Shown here: piece by piece, positions 12,840 to 61,082 of the stretch
Layout of the letters: the number at the start of each line of letters is the position of its first letter
How positions within the stretch are numbered: position 1 is the stretch's first letter
Origin: Eledone cirrhosa
Taxonomy: Eukaryota
Direction of reading: 5' to 3'
DNA: 64,000 bases
Assembly (NCBI GenBank): GCA_964016885.1
Contig: OZ024766.1
Location: 5,270,001-5,334,000 of the forward strand
The notes under the pieces: generated by a model
Databases searched by the model: none
The model's input: the letters and a program-made list of their open reading frames with translations, nothing else
Told to the model about the DNA's origin: nothing
Program-made: the position numbers and the translations under genes

Positions 12840-12921
12840 ACTCCCTGATGACGCAATGAATTCTCGACAGTTATATTACATAACTGTCTTTATCCCATTG
12901 CAGAAACTAATTAGTTGGAGT
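12840..12921 (+). ncRNA. Type I minimal hammerhead ribozyme motif (Penelope-like)
   Basis: actcc CTGATGA cgcaatg...cattgca GAAAC taatta GTT ggagt; extra hairpin gacagttat/ataactgtc in stem II; C-A mismatch at the stem II closing pair. Confidence 0.65.
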
Positions 12922-12985
12922 GAAAATTTTAGTAAGTAAGTTAATTTTTTTAATTTTTTAAAAAATTTTCTTATTTTATGTCTTT

Positions 12986-13101
<116 letters not shown>

Positions 13102-13178
13102 CATATATATATGTATGTATATTTCGTTTCTGAATTTGTTTAGCAAGATTCTTTATCTGAAATCGTGTGTTGAAACCG

Positions 13179-13278
13179 ATATTGTTATACTTTGGGAGGG
13201 TCATGTTGCCAATAAGAAACACACGCTGGTGCGTGTGTTTCTTATTGGCAACATGACCCTCCCAAAGTATAACAATAT
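13179..13278. mobile_element. 100-bp perfect palindrome (48-bp arms, 4-nt spacer); dispersed family with partial copies at ~11641-11686 and ~41965-41990
   Basis: atattgttatactttgggagggtcatgttgccaataagaaacacacgc tggt + reverse complement. Confidence 0.7.
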
Positions 13279-13283
13279 GTATG

Positions 13284-13499
<216 letters not shown>

Positions 13500-13539
13500 C
13501 ATATATATATACATATATATATATATACATATATATATG

Positions 13540-13577
<38 letters not shown>

Positions 13578-13655
13578 CATACATATATATATATAAACAT
13601 ATATATACATATATAAACATATATATATATATATATACACACATATATACACATA

Positions 13656-13686
<31 letters not shown>

Positions 13687-13849
13687 TCTAGGCACCACTT
13701 CCCCAAGTCCCTATTCAATGTCTGTCACGATTGTTTTATCCTCAAATTGTGTATAATTCATAGAAAATATTACGTCTCATTTCTGATTACTTAAAATCTT
13801 TTGTTAGTAACTCATCCATGACTTCCCCTACTTTTAAGATACAAATCTT

Positions 13850-14482
13850 TGTTTCTATTTATCTGGTAATTTATTCTGGTAACCCATCCCTCATAATCTG
13901 ATGTAAGAACCTTTGTTAGGCTACATTCCAAACACCCCAGGTTCTATGATAGAAAACTGTTTGTTTTAAAGTGTTTCTATTTATCTAGTAACCCATCCCT
14001 CATAATCTGATGTAAGAAACTTTGTTAAGCTATGTTCCAAACACCCCAGGTTCTATGATACACAACTGTTTGTTTTAAAGTGTTTATATTTATCTAAGAA
14101 CCTTTGTTAAGTTATGTTCCAAACACCCCAGGTTCTATGATACAAAACTGTTTGTTTTAAAGTGTTTCTATTTATCTAGTAACCCATCCCTCATAATCTG
14201 ATGTAAGAATCTTTGTTAAGTTATGTTCCAAAAACCCCTGGTTCTATGATACAAAACAGTTTGTTTTAAAGTGTTTATATAAAAACATATCTATCTAAAA
14301 ACCTTCCATCATAATTTTATGTAAGAACCTTTGTTATGTTATGTTCCAAACACCCCTGGTTCTATGATACAAAACTCTTTTAAAGTGTTTATATTTATTT
14401 AAAAACCTTCCCTTAAATTCATCTAAGAACCTTTGTTATGTTATGTTCCAAACACCTCTGGTTCTGTTTATATTTATCTAAA
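13850..14482. repeat. Tandem/dispersed ~105-bp repeat family (also ~16960-17130, ~51575-51990, and inverted ~1650-1830)
   Basis: aagaacctttgttaagttatgttccaaacacccctggttctatgata...ttttaaagtgtttatatttat. Confidence 0.75.
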
Positions 14483-14484
14483 AT

Positions 14485-14710
14485 GATGTGGTTGTCCTGC
14501 TCGTATAGGACTGTCTGGCAGGTTTTCTACGGCTGGATGCCCTTCCTAACACCAACCACATTTACAGTGTGGAACTGGGAGCTTTTTACCGTGTTACCTA
14601 CACGGCCACATTACAGTGTGGACTGTGTGTTTTTTTGTCGTGACACCTACATGACCTCATTTGTTTAGGACTGGATGTTGTGGTACCAACATAACTTTAC
14701 ATTGAAAGGG
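14485..14710 (-). mobile_element. SINE fragment
   Basis: ggctggatgcccttcctaacaccaaccac core shared with other copies. Confidence 0.7.
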
Positions 14711-14837
14711 GTGGTGTGGATGGGGTGGGGGTGGTGGGACGGGGGTGTATTTTGTTAGAGGTGCCTACTGACTGTAGTAGGTTTTACTTTGTATTTAGGT
14801 AAGGCGGGTCTTCTCTATTATATATATATATATATAT

Positions 14838-15039
14838 AGGAACGAGTAGGACCCCGATGGCTGAGCTCAAGCCGTTTCGACGCTCGTACCAGTAACGACG
14901 CTTTACCTGTCTTCCAGGAATTTAATTCTGAGCTCTGCCGTCGGGGTCCTACTCGTTCCTATCACCCACTCTACTACCCTAAGTATTGAGTACTTTGGTG
15001 CGTTATGGTCCATCTGGTTCCTTACCACATTTCCTTCGT

Positions 15040-15041
<2 letters not shown>
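14838..15041. mobile_element. Short palindrome-plus-tail element, copy 1 (unclassified)
   Basis: aggaacgagtaggacccc...ggggtcctactcgttcct followed by an ~80-bp tail; flanked by (TA)n. Confidence 0.75.
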
Positions 15042-15071
<30 letters not shown>

Positions 15072-15491
15072 TATTACACACATATACACACATTACACAC
15101 ACACACACACACATTGTATATACTCACACAAAAACCAACACACATTGCTGGTTGGAATATATTATATAATATACAAGATATTTATCAAAGTTTATTAACA
15201 AAACGGAGGAAAAAGAAATTTTTCAAAATGGCTGATGCAGACGACATTTTGGGACCATCCTAGTTTCTCTCCTATTTTACTACAACAAACCCTCAAACTG
15301 AGAAGGAAACAACACAGACTGTTATCTGGTGTCTTTCAAATTGTTTTGCTTCATGTTGTGTGTGTTTTATGTGTGTTTTGTGTGTGTTTATCATCTGTTT
15401 TCTTCCTGTCCTGTGAAATATTTTGTGGAGGAGGTTGGGATGTGTGTGGAGGGTAGTGGTGTTTTTCATATATATATATTATATATATATA

Positions 15492-15866
15492 TCTAGCGGC
15501 GGGTAAAATTTCCGAGATCCATGGACGAGTTCTCTCCAGCGGTCTCTGTCCCTCATTATCGCTGCCATGTCCTGCGTCTCCAACAGACCAGTGTCTGTCC
15601 TTAGGGCATCAACATACGTTAACCTTGGTCTTCCTCTTCTTGTGTGTCCATGTAGGGGCTCCCAAAGGAGCACTGAGTGCAATGTCAACTCTGAATGTCG
15701 GTGAGCATGTCCAGCTAACCTCAGTCTCCTCTGTGTCACTTTTGAGCTGACTATTGGGATGCTCCCATACAGCTCTGAGTTTTTCATCCTCAGTGTATAC
15801 TGATTAATGTTCAGAGCCATCCTCAGCATTCTCGTGTAGCACCCATCCACCATCTGAGTGAGTTGG

Positions 15867-15868
<2 letters not shown>
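15492..15868 (-). mobile_element. RTE-clade LINE 3' fragment (ORF2 C-terminus)
   Basis: Translation RMLRMALNI...RRLRLAGHAHRH...GHTRRGRPRLTYVD...MRDRDRWRELV is typical of RTE C-termini. Confidence 0.85.
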
Positions 15869-15912
<44 letters not shown>

Positions 15913-15915
<3 letters not shown>

Positions 15916-16102
15916 AACCAGTAAGACCCCGACGGCTAAGCTCAAGCCGTTTCGACGGCTAATTCAGTCCAGAATTAGCCGTCGAAACGGCTTGAGCTCA
16001 GCCGTCGGGGTCTTACTGGTTCCTATTACCCACTCTACTAACCTAAGTATTGAGTACTTTGGTGCGTTATGGTCCACCTGGTTCCTTACCACATTTCCTT
16101 TG

Positions 16103-16105
<3 letters not shown>
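15913..16105. mobile_element. Short palindrome-plus-tail element, copy 2
   Basis: aggaaccagtaagacccc...ggggtcttactggttcct plus the same tail; flanked by (TA)n. Confidence 0.75.
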
Positions 16106-16138
<33 letters not shown>

Positions 16139-16244
16139 GTATATATACTTATAGAAGTGTGCTTCCCATAAATGTAAACATCATAAGTCTTAAATGTTTT
16201 ATGAATCTGTGCTCCCTGGAGCAGGCATGATGATCTCATAGGGT

Positions 16245-16266
16245 AGATATGTATGTATACAGGTGC

Positions 16267-16332
<66 letters not shown>

Positions 16333-16360
16333 ATATGTTTATATATATATATATGTATAC

Positions 16361-16431
<71 letters not shown>

Positions 16432-16553
16432 TGTTTATATATACATATATAAATATATGTATATATATATATGTTTATATATACATATATGTATATATAT
16501 ATATGTATACATATATATATATATATGTATATATATATATGTTTTTATACATA

Positions 16554-16620
<67 letters not shown>

Positions 16621-16706
16621 GTTTATATACACATATATATATTTATATATATATATGTTTTTATACATATATATATATATATGTATATATATATGTTTAT
16701 ATATAC

Positions 16707-16775
<69 letters not shown>

Positions 16776-17167
16776 TAGTCACCAAGGACTTTATCTGTCG
16801 GCCATCTTGTTTACAGTACAATAACATCACACAATGGCTGACTTCAGTCGTGACAGAACCACATGTACATCTAATGAAGTTATTCAATAAATCATGTTAG
16901 AGTCACTGTTGTTACTAACTCTTCACATACCAAATTGTCTTTAATCTCCTCCCCAAATATGTAAGAACCTGTGTTAAGTTATGTTCCAGAACCTTTGTTA
17001 AGTTGTGTTCCAAACACCCCTGGTTCTCTGATAGAAAACAGTTTGTTTTAAAGTGTTTATATTTACGTAAGAACCTTTGTTAAGTTATGTTAACAAAGTG
17101 TATGGAACACAACTTAACAAAGGTTTATACATATATTTGCATATATATATACATATACATACATACA

Positions 17168-17239
<72 letters not shown>

Positions 17240-17241
17240 CA

Positions 17242-17279
<38 letters not shown>

Positions 17280-17284
17280 CATAC

Positions 17285-17346
<62 letters not shown>

Positions 17347-17461
17347 ACATGCATATATATATATATGGCAATGTATGTATACATAAATATATACACTTTT
17401 AATCTACCTATTTCTTAATGATTCTATGCTTCACAGAGCAGGGATGATGTCAGAGGTGTGT

Positions 17462-17534
<73 letters not shown>

Positions 17535-17591
17535 CATACATACATATATATATATATACATACATATACATATATATATATATATACATAC

Positions 17592-17622
<31 letters not shown>

Positions 17623-17673
17623 CATACATACATACATACATATATATATATATATACACATACACACACACAC

Positions 17674-17748
<75 letters not shown>

Positions 17749-17764
17749 CACATACACACACACA

Positions 17765-17823
<59 letters not shown>

Positions 17824-17911
17824 GTATATATGTATATGTATATATATATATGTATATATATATATATGTATATATATACATATATATACATATACATATA
17901 TATATATACAT

Positions 17912-17972
<61 letters not shown>

Positions 17973-17975
17973 CAT

Positions 17976-18032
<57 letters not shown>

Positions 18033-18092
18033 CATATATATATATACATATACATATATACATATACATATATACATATACATATATATATA
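16245..18092. repeat. (TA)n/(TACA)n microsatellite blocks
   Basis: Direct inspection. Confidence 0.9.
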
Positions 18093-18493
18093 TTTGTTAG
18101 GGTTTGGTTTGATATTCACCTCTATTGAGGAAAGCGGGGGAAGGGAGAGAGAGAGGGTGGTGGTGTTGGTGGCGTGTGTGTGTGTGTGGGGGGGGGTCTA
18201 TAGTGCAATATCACCTAGGATGGTCTCTAAAGATAACATTTTCAAACATCTGCTGACCAACAAACACTTTCTACACACACACACACACAGACACATACAT
18301 ATATATATCTGTCTATTATATCCATATATACACACACACATATTCATATATATTTGTCTATATATTTTTATATATATATATATACACACATGCATATACA
18401 TATCTATATATATAAGCTGCCAACGAGGTCTTTCTCAAAACAGTTGTTAACATTCTACACATAGCACACATATATACATATATATATATTTAA

Positions 18494-18542
<49 letters not shown>

Positions 18543-18548
18543 TATATA

Positions 18549-20782
18549 AGGTTTTTCGCAAGATCTTTCCGAAACACTTCACCTCTGAACAGTTTTACAG
18601 AATTTCACAATTTAGTGACGTGAGTATAGATTTTATATCATTTTTTTTATTTCCCTCTTGCAATTTTTAAGGGTCATATTTTTTTACAGTTGCTGCGGTC
18701 CTATAATTTCTATGGGGGACAGACCTGGGCTGTCTTGACTAGCAAATTTTCCCTTCAAATTTTTAAGGCCAAAACTTTTAAAAACTAGTCTGCAGTTTGA
18801 AGGGTCTTCCTAATTCTTGTTTTTTCCCTTCAAATTTTAAAGGCTCATATTACTTTTTTGGGGACAGACCTGGGCTGTCTTGACTAGCAAATTTTCCCTT
18901 CAAATTTTTAAGGCCAAAACTTTTAAAAACTAGTCTGCAGTTTGAAAGGTCTTCCTAATTCTTGTTTTTTCCCTTCAAATTTTAAAGGCTCATATTACTT
19001 TTTTGGGGACAGACCTGGGCTGTCTTGACTAGCAAATTTTCCCTTCAAATTTTTAAGGCCAAAACTTTTAAAAACTAGTCTGCAGTTTGAAAGGTCTTCC
19101 TAATTCTTGTTTTTTCCCTTCAAATTTTAAAGGCTCATATTACTTTTTTGGGGACAGACCTGGGCTGTCTTGACTAGCAAATTTTCCCTTCAAATTTTTA
19201 AGGCCAAAACTTTTAAAAACTAGTCTGCAGTTTGAAAGGTCTTCCTAATTCTTGTTTTTTCCCTTCAAATTTTAAAGGCTCATATTACTTTTTTGGGGAC
19301 AGACCTAGGCTGTCTTGACTAGCAAATTTTCCCTTCAAATTTTTAAGGCCAAAACTTTTAAAAACTAGTCTGCAGTTTGAAAGGTCTTCCTAATTCTTGT
19401 TTTTTCCCTTCAAATTTTAAAGGCTCATATTACTTTTTTGGGGACAGACCTGGGCTGTCTTGACTAGCAAATTTTCCCTTCAAATTTTTAAGGCCAAAAC
19501 TTTTAAAAACTAGTCTGCAGTTTGAAAGGTCTTCCTAATTCTTGTTTTTCCCTTCAAATTTTAAAGGCTCATATTACTTTTTTGGGGACAGACCTGGGCT
19601 GTCTTGACTAGCAAATTTTCCCTTCAAATTTTTAAGGCCAAAACTTTTAAAAACTAGTCTGCAGTTTGAAAGGTCTTCCTAATTCTTGTTTTTTCCCTTC
19701 AAATTTTAAAGGCTCATATTACTTTTTTGGGGACAGACCTGGGCTGTCTTGACTAGCAAATTTTCCCTTCAAATTTTTAAGGCCAAAACTTTTAAAAACT
19801 AGTCTGCAGTTTGAAAGGTCTTCCTAATTCTTGTTTTTCCCTTCAAATTTTAAAGGCTCATATTACTTTTTTGGGGACAGACCTGGGCTGTCTTGACTAG
19901 CAAATTTTCCCTTCAAATTTTTAAGGCCAAAACTTTTAAAAACTAGTCTGCAGTTTGAAAGGTCTTCCTAATTCTTGTTTTTTCCCTTCAAATTTTAAAG
20001 GCTCATATTACTTTTTTGGGGACAGACCTGGGCTGTCTTGACTAGCAAATTTTCCCTTCAAATTTTTAAGGCCAAAACTTTTAAAAACTAGTCTGCAGTT
20101 TGAAAGGTCTTCCTAATTCTTGTTTTTTCCCTTCAAATTTTAAAGGCTCATATTACTCTTTTGGGGACAGACCTGGGCTGTCTTGTCTAACAAATTTTCC
20201 CTTCAAATTTTAAAGGGTCCTATCATTTTTTAGGGACAGAATTGTGATGTCTTGTCTAACAATTTTTTCCTTCAAATTTTAAAGGTTCCTATTATTTTGG
20301 GGGGGAGGGGGGGAACAGACCTGGGCTGTGTTGTCTAACAATTTTTCCCTTCAAACTTTAAAGGGTTCCATTACTTTTTTGGAGACAGAGCTGGGATGTC
20401 ATTTCTAACAATTTTTTCCTTCAAATTTTAAAGGGAAAATAAAAAAAAGACTAGTTTGGGGTTTATGAAGCCTTCCTAATTTTTGGTTTTTCCATTCAAA
20501 TTTTAAAGGGCCAATTTTTTTTACAGTTGCTTAAGTCCTATTTCTATTTTGGGGGTCAGAGCTGGTATAAGTAGTTTTACAATTCTTTTCCCTTCAAATT
20601 TTTGGGCGCCACTTTTCACAGCTAGCCGGAGCTTAATTTAGGGGGTCAGAGCTAGGTTATGTTGTCTTACATATTTTTCCATCAAATTTTAAAGGATCCG
20701 ATCGCCTGATCAAACCGGAGCTGATTGATATAGAAACAATTGTAATATGAAATAAATTTGCACAAAAACCTGCAATTCTTAT
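18549..20782. mobile_element. Putative non-autonomous DNA element (Helentron/HINE-like) with short inverted ends, carrying an internal satellite
   Basis: aggtttttcgcaa (18549) vs ttgcacaaaaacct (20758-20771); degenerate subrepeats at the edges, homogeneous array in the middle. Confidence 0.45.
18716..20215. repeat. 145-bp tandem repeat (~10 copies)
   Basis: gggacagacctgggctgtcttgactagc at 18861, 19006, 19151... Confidence 0.95.
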
Positions 20783-20832
20783 TGTAACACACACACACAC
20801 ACCCACACCACACACTCACACACACACACACA

Positions 20833-20875
<43 letters not shown>

Positions 20876-20877
20876 AA

Positions 20878-21112
20878 TACTTGGCATGGCAATAAAGTCT
20901 TTAGAATAACCCTTTAGATGAAAATGCACAACATATTGAAACTAAAATTTATTTATTCTGCAAAACATAATCTCCATTGAATGTAATACCATCTTTACCG
21001 TGTTTATGTAAAGCATTTAACTCTTTCCGGAACCGTTCCTTCGGCAATTGTCGAAACCATTGCTTTGATTCATCTACCATCTCTTCTAATGAAGCGAAAA
21101 CAAATTTTGTTA
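20878..21112 (-). mobile_element. Mariner/Tc1 transposase C-terminal remnant with one terminal repeat
   Basis: FASLEEMVDESKQWFRQLPKERFRKELNAL...NGDYV resembles the mariner C-terminus; TA-flanked end tacttggcatggcaataaag. Confidence 0.65.
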
Positions 21113-21640
21113 TGGACTTGGGACTTGATCTTTGCTCTTTAAACTCTGCTGTTGGTGATCGAAAGGTATTATATATTCCTGGAAGGAAGGTTGGCTGGTG
21201 AGAGAAGTAGAGGTCAGCAGCCAAAACGATGGCTTGATAATGTCAACTTATGGACTGGACTTGATCATTGCTCTTTAAACTCTGCTGTTGGTGATCGAAA
21301 GGTATTATATATTCCTAGAAGGAAGGTCGGCTGGTAAGAGAAGTAGAGGTCAGCAGCCAAAACGATGGCTTGATAATGTCAACCTATGGACTGGACTTGA
21401 TCTTTGCTCTTTAAACTCTGCTGTTGGTGATCAAAAGGTATTATATATTCCTGGAAGGAAGGTTGGCTGGTGAGAGAAGCAGAGGCCGGCAGCCAAAACG
21501 ATGGCTTGATAATGTCAACTTATGGACTGGACTTGGGACTTGATCTTTGTTCTTTAAACTTTGCTGTTGGTGATCGAACTTTGTGGAGAGAGATATCACA
21601 AGTTGATGTGCAGTATACAACTGCCGGAGTTTAATATCAC
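21111..21640 (+). mobile_element. RTE LINE 3' end amplified as a 136-bp tandem repeat (~3 copies)
   Basis: LEGRLAGERSRGQQPKRWLDNVNLWTGL repeated with a 136-nt period. Confidence 0.75.
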
Positions 21641-22023
21641 AAGAAGAACATTTACAGTTATATACGGCACACAGCCTACTACTGTAAAGACTTTATCGCC
21701 ACACCAAGTATATCTCTGATACAACATCCCAACTTTGTAAATAATACGAGAGAGAAACAGAGGAAGTTTTCCAATATTTTACGGAACTGACAGGAAATGT
21801 TTTTACTGAGGAAGGAAACAGTTTTTAAGAAGAGATAAGATATAAAAATATGTAAATAATAAAGGGGGTGGGGAGAGGAGATGGAGAGGGGTTGACTGGT
21901 GGTGGTGGTGGTGGTGTGAATTATTAATACAAGAGGGTTTGGGAATGTTGTTGTTTATATTGTGTTGTCAAGTATGAAATTTGTAGAAAAAAAAAAGAAA
22001 TTTTACAAATTTCACACTTAACG

Positions 22024-22068
<45 letters not shown>

Positions 22069-22108
22069 GATATTAAACAAATGGAAACTATATTTATAAA
22101 ACCATATT

Positions 22109-22174
22109 TATTTCATTATACATATTTCAGGGATACCATATTAAAAATATGGCATGCCTTCGTCAGATAAAATA
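22109..22174 (-). ncRNA. Type I minimal hammerhead ribozyme motif (same family as 43547/43731/47954)
   Basis: Minus strand: tattttat CTGACGA aggcatgccatatt ttt aatatggtatccct GAAAT atgt ATA atgaaata. Confidence 0.65.
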
Positions 22175-22248
22175 CAATATATAACCAGTTTTATAAATAA
22201 TTTTGACGTACCATAAATATAGCGACCATTAAGGTAGGAGGCTGGCTT

Positions 22249-22287
<39 letters not shown>

Positions 22288-22503
22288 ACAAATATAAATT
22301 AGCGAGAATCGTATTTCGGCTTAGGAATTGACGAAAAACAACTTCCGAGATGTGTGGCAAGTGCTCAATGATTCAGATAAACCAGAGCTACAACATACGT
22401 TAAAGGCCAAACACACTGAGACGATGGTTAAATAATCATCTGCACAGCCATAAAAACGACCAAGTAATTTGGGTCAAACAAATAAAAATATATGTGATTT
22501 ATA

Positions 22504-22922
22504 TCATCATCATCATCATCAACGTTTAACGTCCGTGTTCCACGCTTGCATGGGTTTGGACGGGGGTAGTCCCACTTGAGGCAAGAGTGATTGTCTTGCT
22601 CGCATAGGACTGTCTGGCAGGTTTTCTACAGTTGGATGCCCTTCCTAACACCAACCACATTTACAGTGTGGGTCTGGGAGGTTTTTACCGTGTTGCCTAC
22701 ACGGCCACATTACAGCGTGGACTGTCTGGCGGGTTTTCTACAGCTGGATGCCCTTCCTAACACCAACCACATTTACAGTGTGGGTCTGGGAGGTTTTTAC
22801 CGTGTTGCCTACACGGCCACATTACAGCGTGGACTGTGTGTTTTTTTGTCGTGACACCTACACGATCTCATTTGTTTCGGCCTCGATGGCGCGGCACCAA
22901 CATAACTTTACATAGAACGGGG
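22504..22922 (-). mobile_element. SINE with internal 112-bp duplication
   Basis: (CAT)n tail and two ggatgcccttcc cores. Confidence 0.75.
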
Positions 22923-22964
22923 TATATATATATATTAAAATACAAATATTAATAAAATAGATGT

Positions 22965-23140
22965 TCTTTTTAGCAATGGACTTGGTAAATACCCACAAAG
23001 TTACTAACCATCTCGCCAATTGCAACCCTGAGCGCCTTTATGATCTCCATGTGTCTAACACACGTGGACATGCCTACAAAATGAGAAAACAGCACAGCTC
23101 CCATGACTTTCGTAGACATTTTTTCACGCTCAAAGTTGCT
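22965..23140 (+). mobile_element. CR1/L2-clade LINE 3' fragment
   Basis: DLVNTHKV...NTRGHAYKMRKQHSSHDFRRHFFTLKV matches the CR1 ORF2 C-terminal TRGH...FF motif. Confidence 0.7.
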
Positions 23141-23884
23141 GTCCAGAACCCCCACTGTGCCATCCAGACCCACCCTATGTAGCCCTGTGCAACCCAGTGC
23201 CATCCAGACCCACCCTATGTAGCCCTGTGCCACCCAGTGCCATCCAGACCCACCCTATGTAGCCCTGTGCCACCCAGTGCCATCCAGACCCACCCTATGT
23301 AGCCCTGTGCCACCCAGTGCCATCCAGAGCCCCCACTGTGCCATCCAGACCCACCCTATGTAGCCCTGTGCCACCCAGTGCCACCCAAACCCACCCTGTG
23401 CTGTCCAGACCCACCCTATGTAGCCCTGTGCCACCCAAACCCACCCTGTGCCATCCAGACCCACCCTATGTAGCACTGTGCCACCCAGAGCCCCCACTGT
23501 GCCATCCAGACCCACCCTATGTAGCCCTGTGCCACCCAAACCCACCCTATGTAGCCCTGTGCCACCCAAACCCACCCTATGTAGCCCTGTGCCACCCAAA
23601 CCCACCCTGTGCCGTACAGACCCACCCTATGTAGCCCTGTGCCACCCAAACCCACCCAGTCCCACCCAGTGCCACCCAAACCCACCCAGTGCCACCCAAA
23701 CCCACCCTGTGCCATCCAAACCCATCCTGTGCCGTCCAGAACCACCCTATGTAGCCCTGTGCCACCCAAACCCACCCAGTGCCACCCAAACCCACCCTGT
23801 GCCGTCCAGACCCACCCTATGTAGCCCTGTGCCACCCAGTGCCACCCAAACCCACCCTGTGCCACCCAAACCCACCCTGTGCCG
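23140..23884. repeat. Complex C-rich minisatellite (10/20/40-bp modules)
   Basis: gccatccagacccaccctatgtagccctgtgccacccagt variants. Confidence 0.9.
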
Positions 23885-23932
23885 TTTTGCAACACCATTT
23901 CCCTTTGACATGTTCTTCTTATTTCTAGAAAG

Positions 23933-59132
<35,200 letters not shown>

Positions 59133-59535
59133 ATAAATAGCCCTTAAACCCTACTAACCCCCACCCACCCTAACACTGACCCTCCTAACCCCTAAATTTA
59201 CTGCATATCAACAGGGTACATTTCTAATATATATAAATATATAATTTTAGATATATATAAATATATATATACATAAACATACATATATGTTCATACATAA
59301 ATATAAAGATATATATATAGCTATATACATATATATATAGCTATATACATATATATATAGCTATATACATATATATATAGCTAAATACATATATATATAT
59401 AGCTATATACATATATATATATAGCTATATACATATATATATATTCCTATATACATATATATATAATATACCTATATACATAATATACCTATATACCTAT
59501 ATATATATATTTACCTATATATATATATATATATA

Positions 59536-59676
59536 TAACGAAGGAAGTGTGGTAAGGAACCAGGTGGACCATAACGCACCAGAGTACTCAATACTTAGGG
59601 TAGTAGAGTGGGTAATAGGAAAATGTTTAACCCCGACGGCAGAGCTCAAGCTGTTTTCGACAGCTATTTCTGGACT
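59536..59676. mobile_element. Palindrome-plus-tail element, copy 4 (tail and one arm only)
   Basis: taacgaaggaagtgtggtaaggaaccag...ccccgacggcagagctcaag. Confidence 0.65.
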
Positions 59677-59840
59677 TATATATATATATGCAGGAAAAAA
59701 ATTTACAAGTGTAAGCCCTCGAAAATATAGATATATATGTGTATATTTATATATACAGTTTTATTAGCATTAGTATTTCATTAACAGTTCCTAATTAGCG
59801 ATCCTTCATTAGTGATAGATAAAATATAATCAACTCGGTT

Positions 59841-60716
59841 GTATCAGAGCTGTGATCTCTCAATCCAGAGATTCTTTCCTGAGACATTCTAACCACATGT
59901 CTGTAGTATCAGAGCTGTGATCTCTCAACTCAGAGATTCTTTCCTGAGACATTCTAACCACATGTCTGTAGTATCAGAGCTGTGATCTCTCAATCCAGGG
60001 ATTCTTTCCTGAGACATTCTAACCACATGTCTGTAGTATCAGAGCTGTGATCTCTCAATTCAGAGATTCTTTCCTGAGACATTCTAACCACATGTCTGTA
60101 GTATCAGAGCTGTGGTCTCTCAATTCAGAGATTCTTTCCTCAGACATTCTAACCACATGTCTGTAGTATCAGAGCTGTGAACTCTCAATCCAGAGATTCT
60201 TTCCTGAGAAATTCTAACCACATGTCTGTAGTATCAGAGCTGTGAACTCTCAATCCAGAGATTCTTTCCTGAGACATTCTAACCACATGTCTGTAGTATC
60301 AGAGCTGTGATCTCTCAATCCAGGGATTCTTTTCTGAGACATTCTAACCACATGTCTGTAGTATCAGAGCTGTGATCTCTCAATTCAGTGATTCTTTCCT
60401 GAGACATTCTAACCACATGTCTGTAGTATCAGAGCTGTGATCTCTCAATTCAGAGATTCTTTCCTGAGACATTCTAACCACATGTCTGTAGTATCAGAGC
60501 TGTGATCTCTCAATCCAGAGATTCTTTCCTGAGACATTCTAACCACATGTCTGTAGTATCAGAGCTGTGATCTCTCAATCCAGAGATTCTTTCCTGAGAC
60601 ATTCTAACCACATGTCTGTAGTATCAGAGCTGTGATCTCTCAATTCAGAGATTCTTTCCTGAGACATTCTAACCATATGTCCATTGTATCAGAGCTGTGA
60701 TCTCTCAGTTCAGAGA
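59841..60716. repeat. 65-bp tandem repeat (~13 copies)
   Basis: gtatcagagctgtgatctctcaatccagagattctttcctgagacattctaaccacatgtctgta. Confidence 0.95.
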
Positions 60717-61082
60717 AGTAGCAGCTCTACCTGGAGTGACTCTCTGATCTCCGAGCTACACACTTTATCAAGTAACGTTACTCCAAAGACCCTTAGAAGG
60801 GACCCCATTACAGCTGTTTATATTCACAATCATAATCTTTCAGTTATTACACAAGATTCATGACCATAGGTAAGACTTGGCACAATGATTAAATTGATGA
60901 TAGCAAAATAGTTAAATAAAATTTGAAACTGTTTAAATAAAATTTGAAACTGATAAAATAAAATTTGAAACTATAAAATGAAATTATTGTTTTTCTTTTT
61001 AACTTTATCTAATTTTTATTCATCCACTCAAATAATATATGTGGTACAGGTACCATTACAGGTATTTAAATGGATTAATACA

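Noticed and set aside
20718-20750. CTGATTGA...GAAAC aatt GTA (similar GAAACAATTGTA at ~42534)
   Set aside because: Core spacing or sequence wrong; stem I absent or weak
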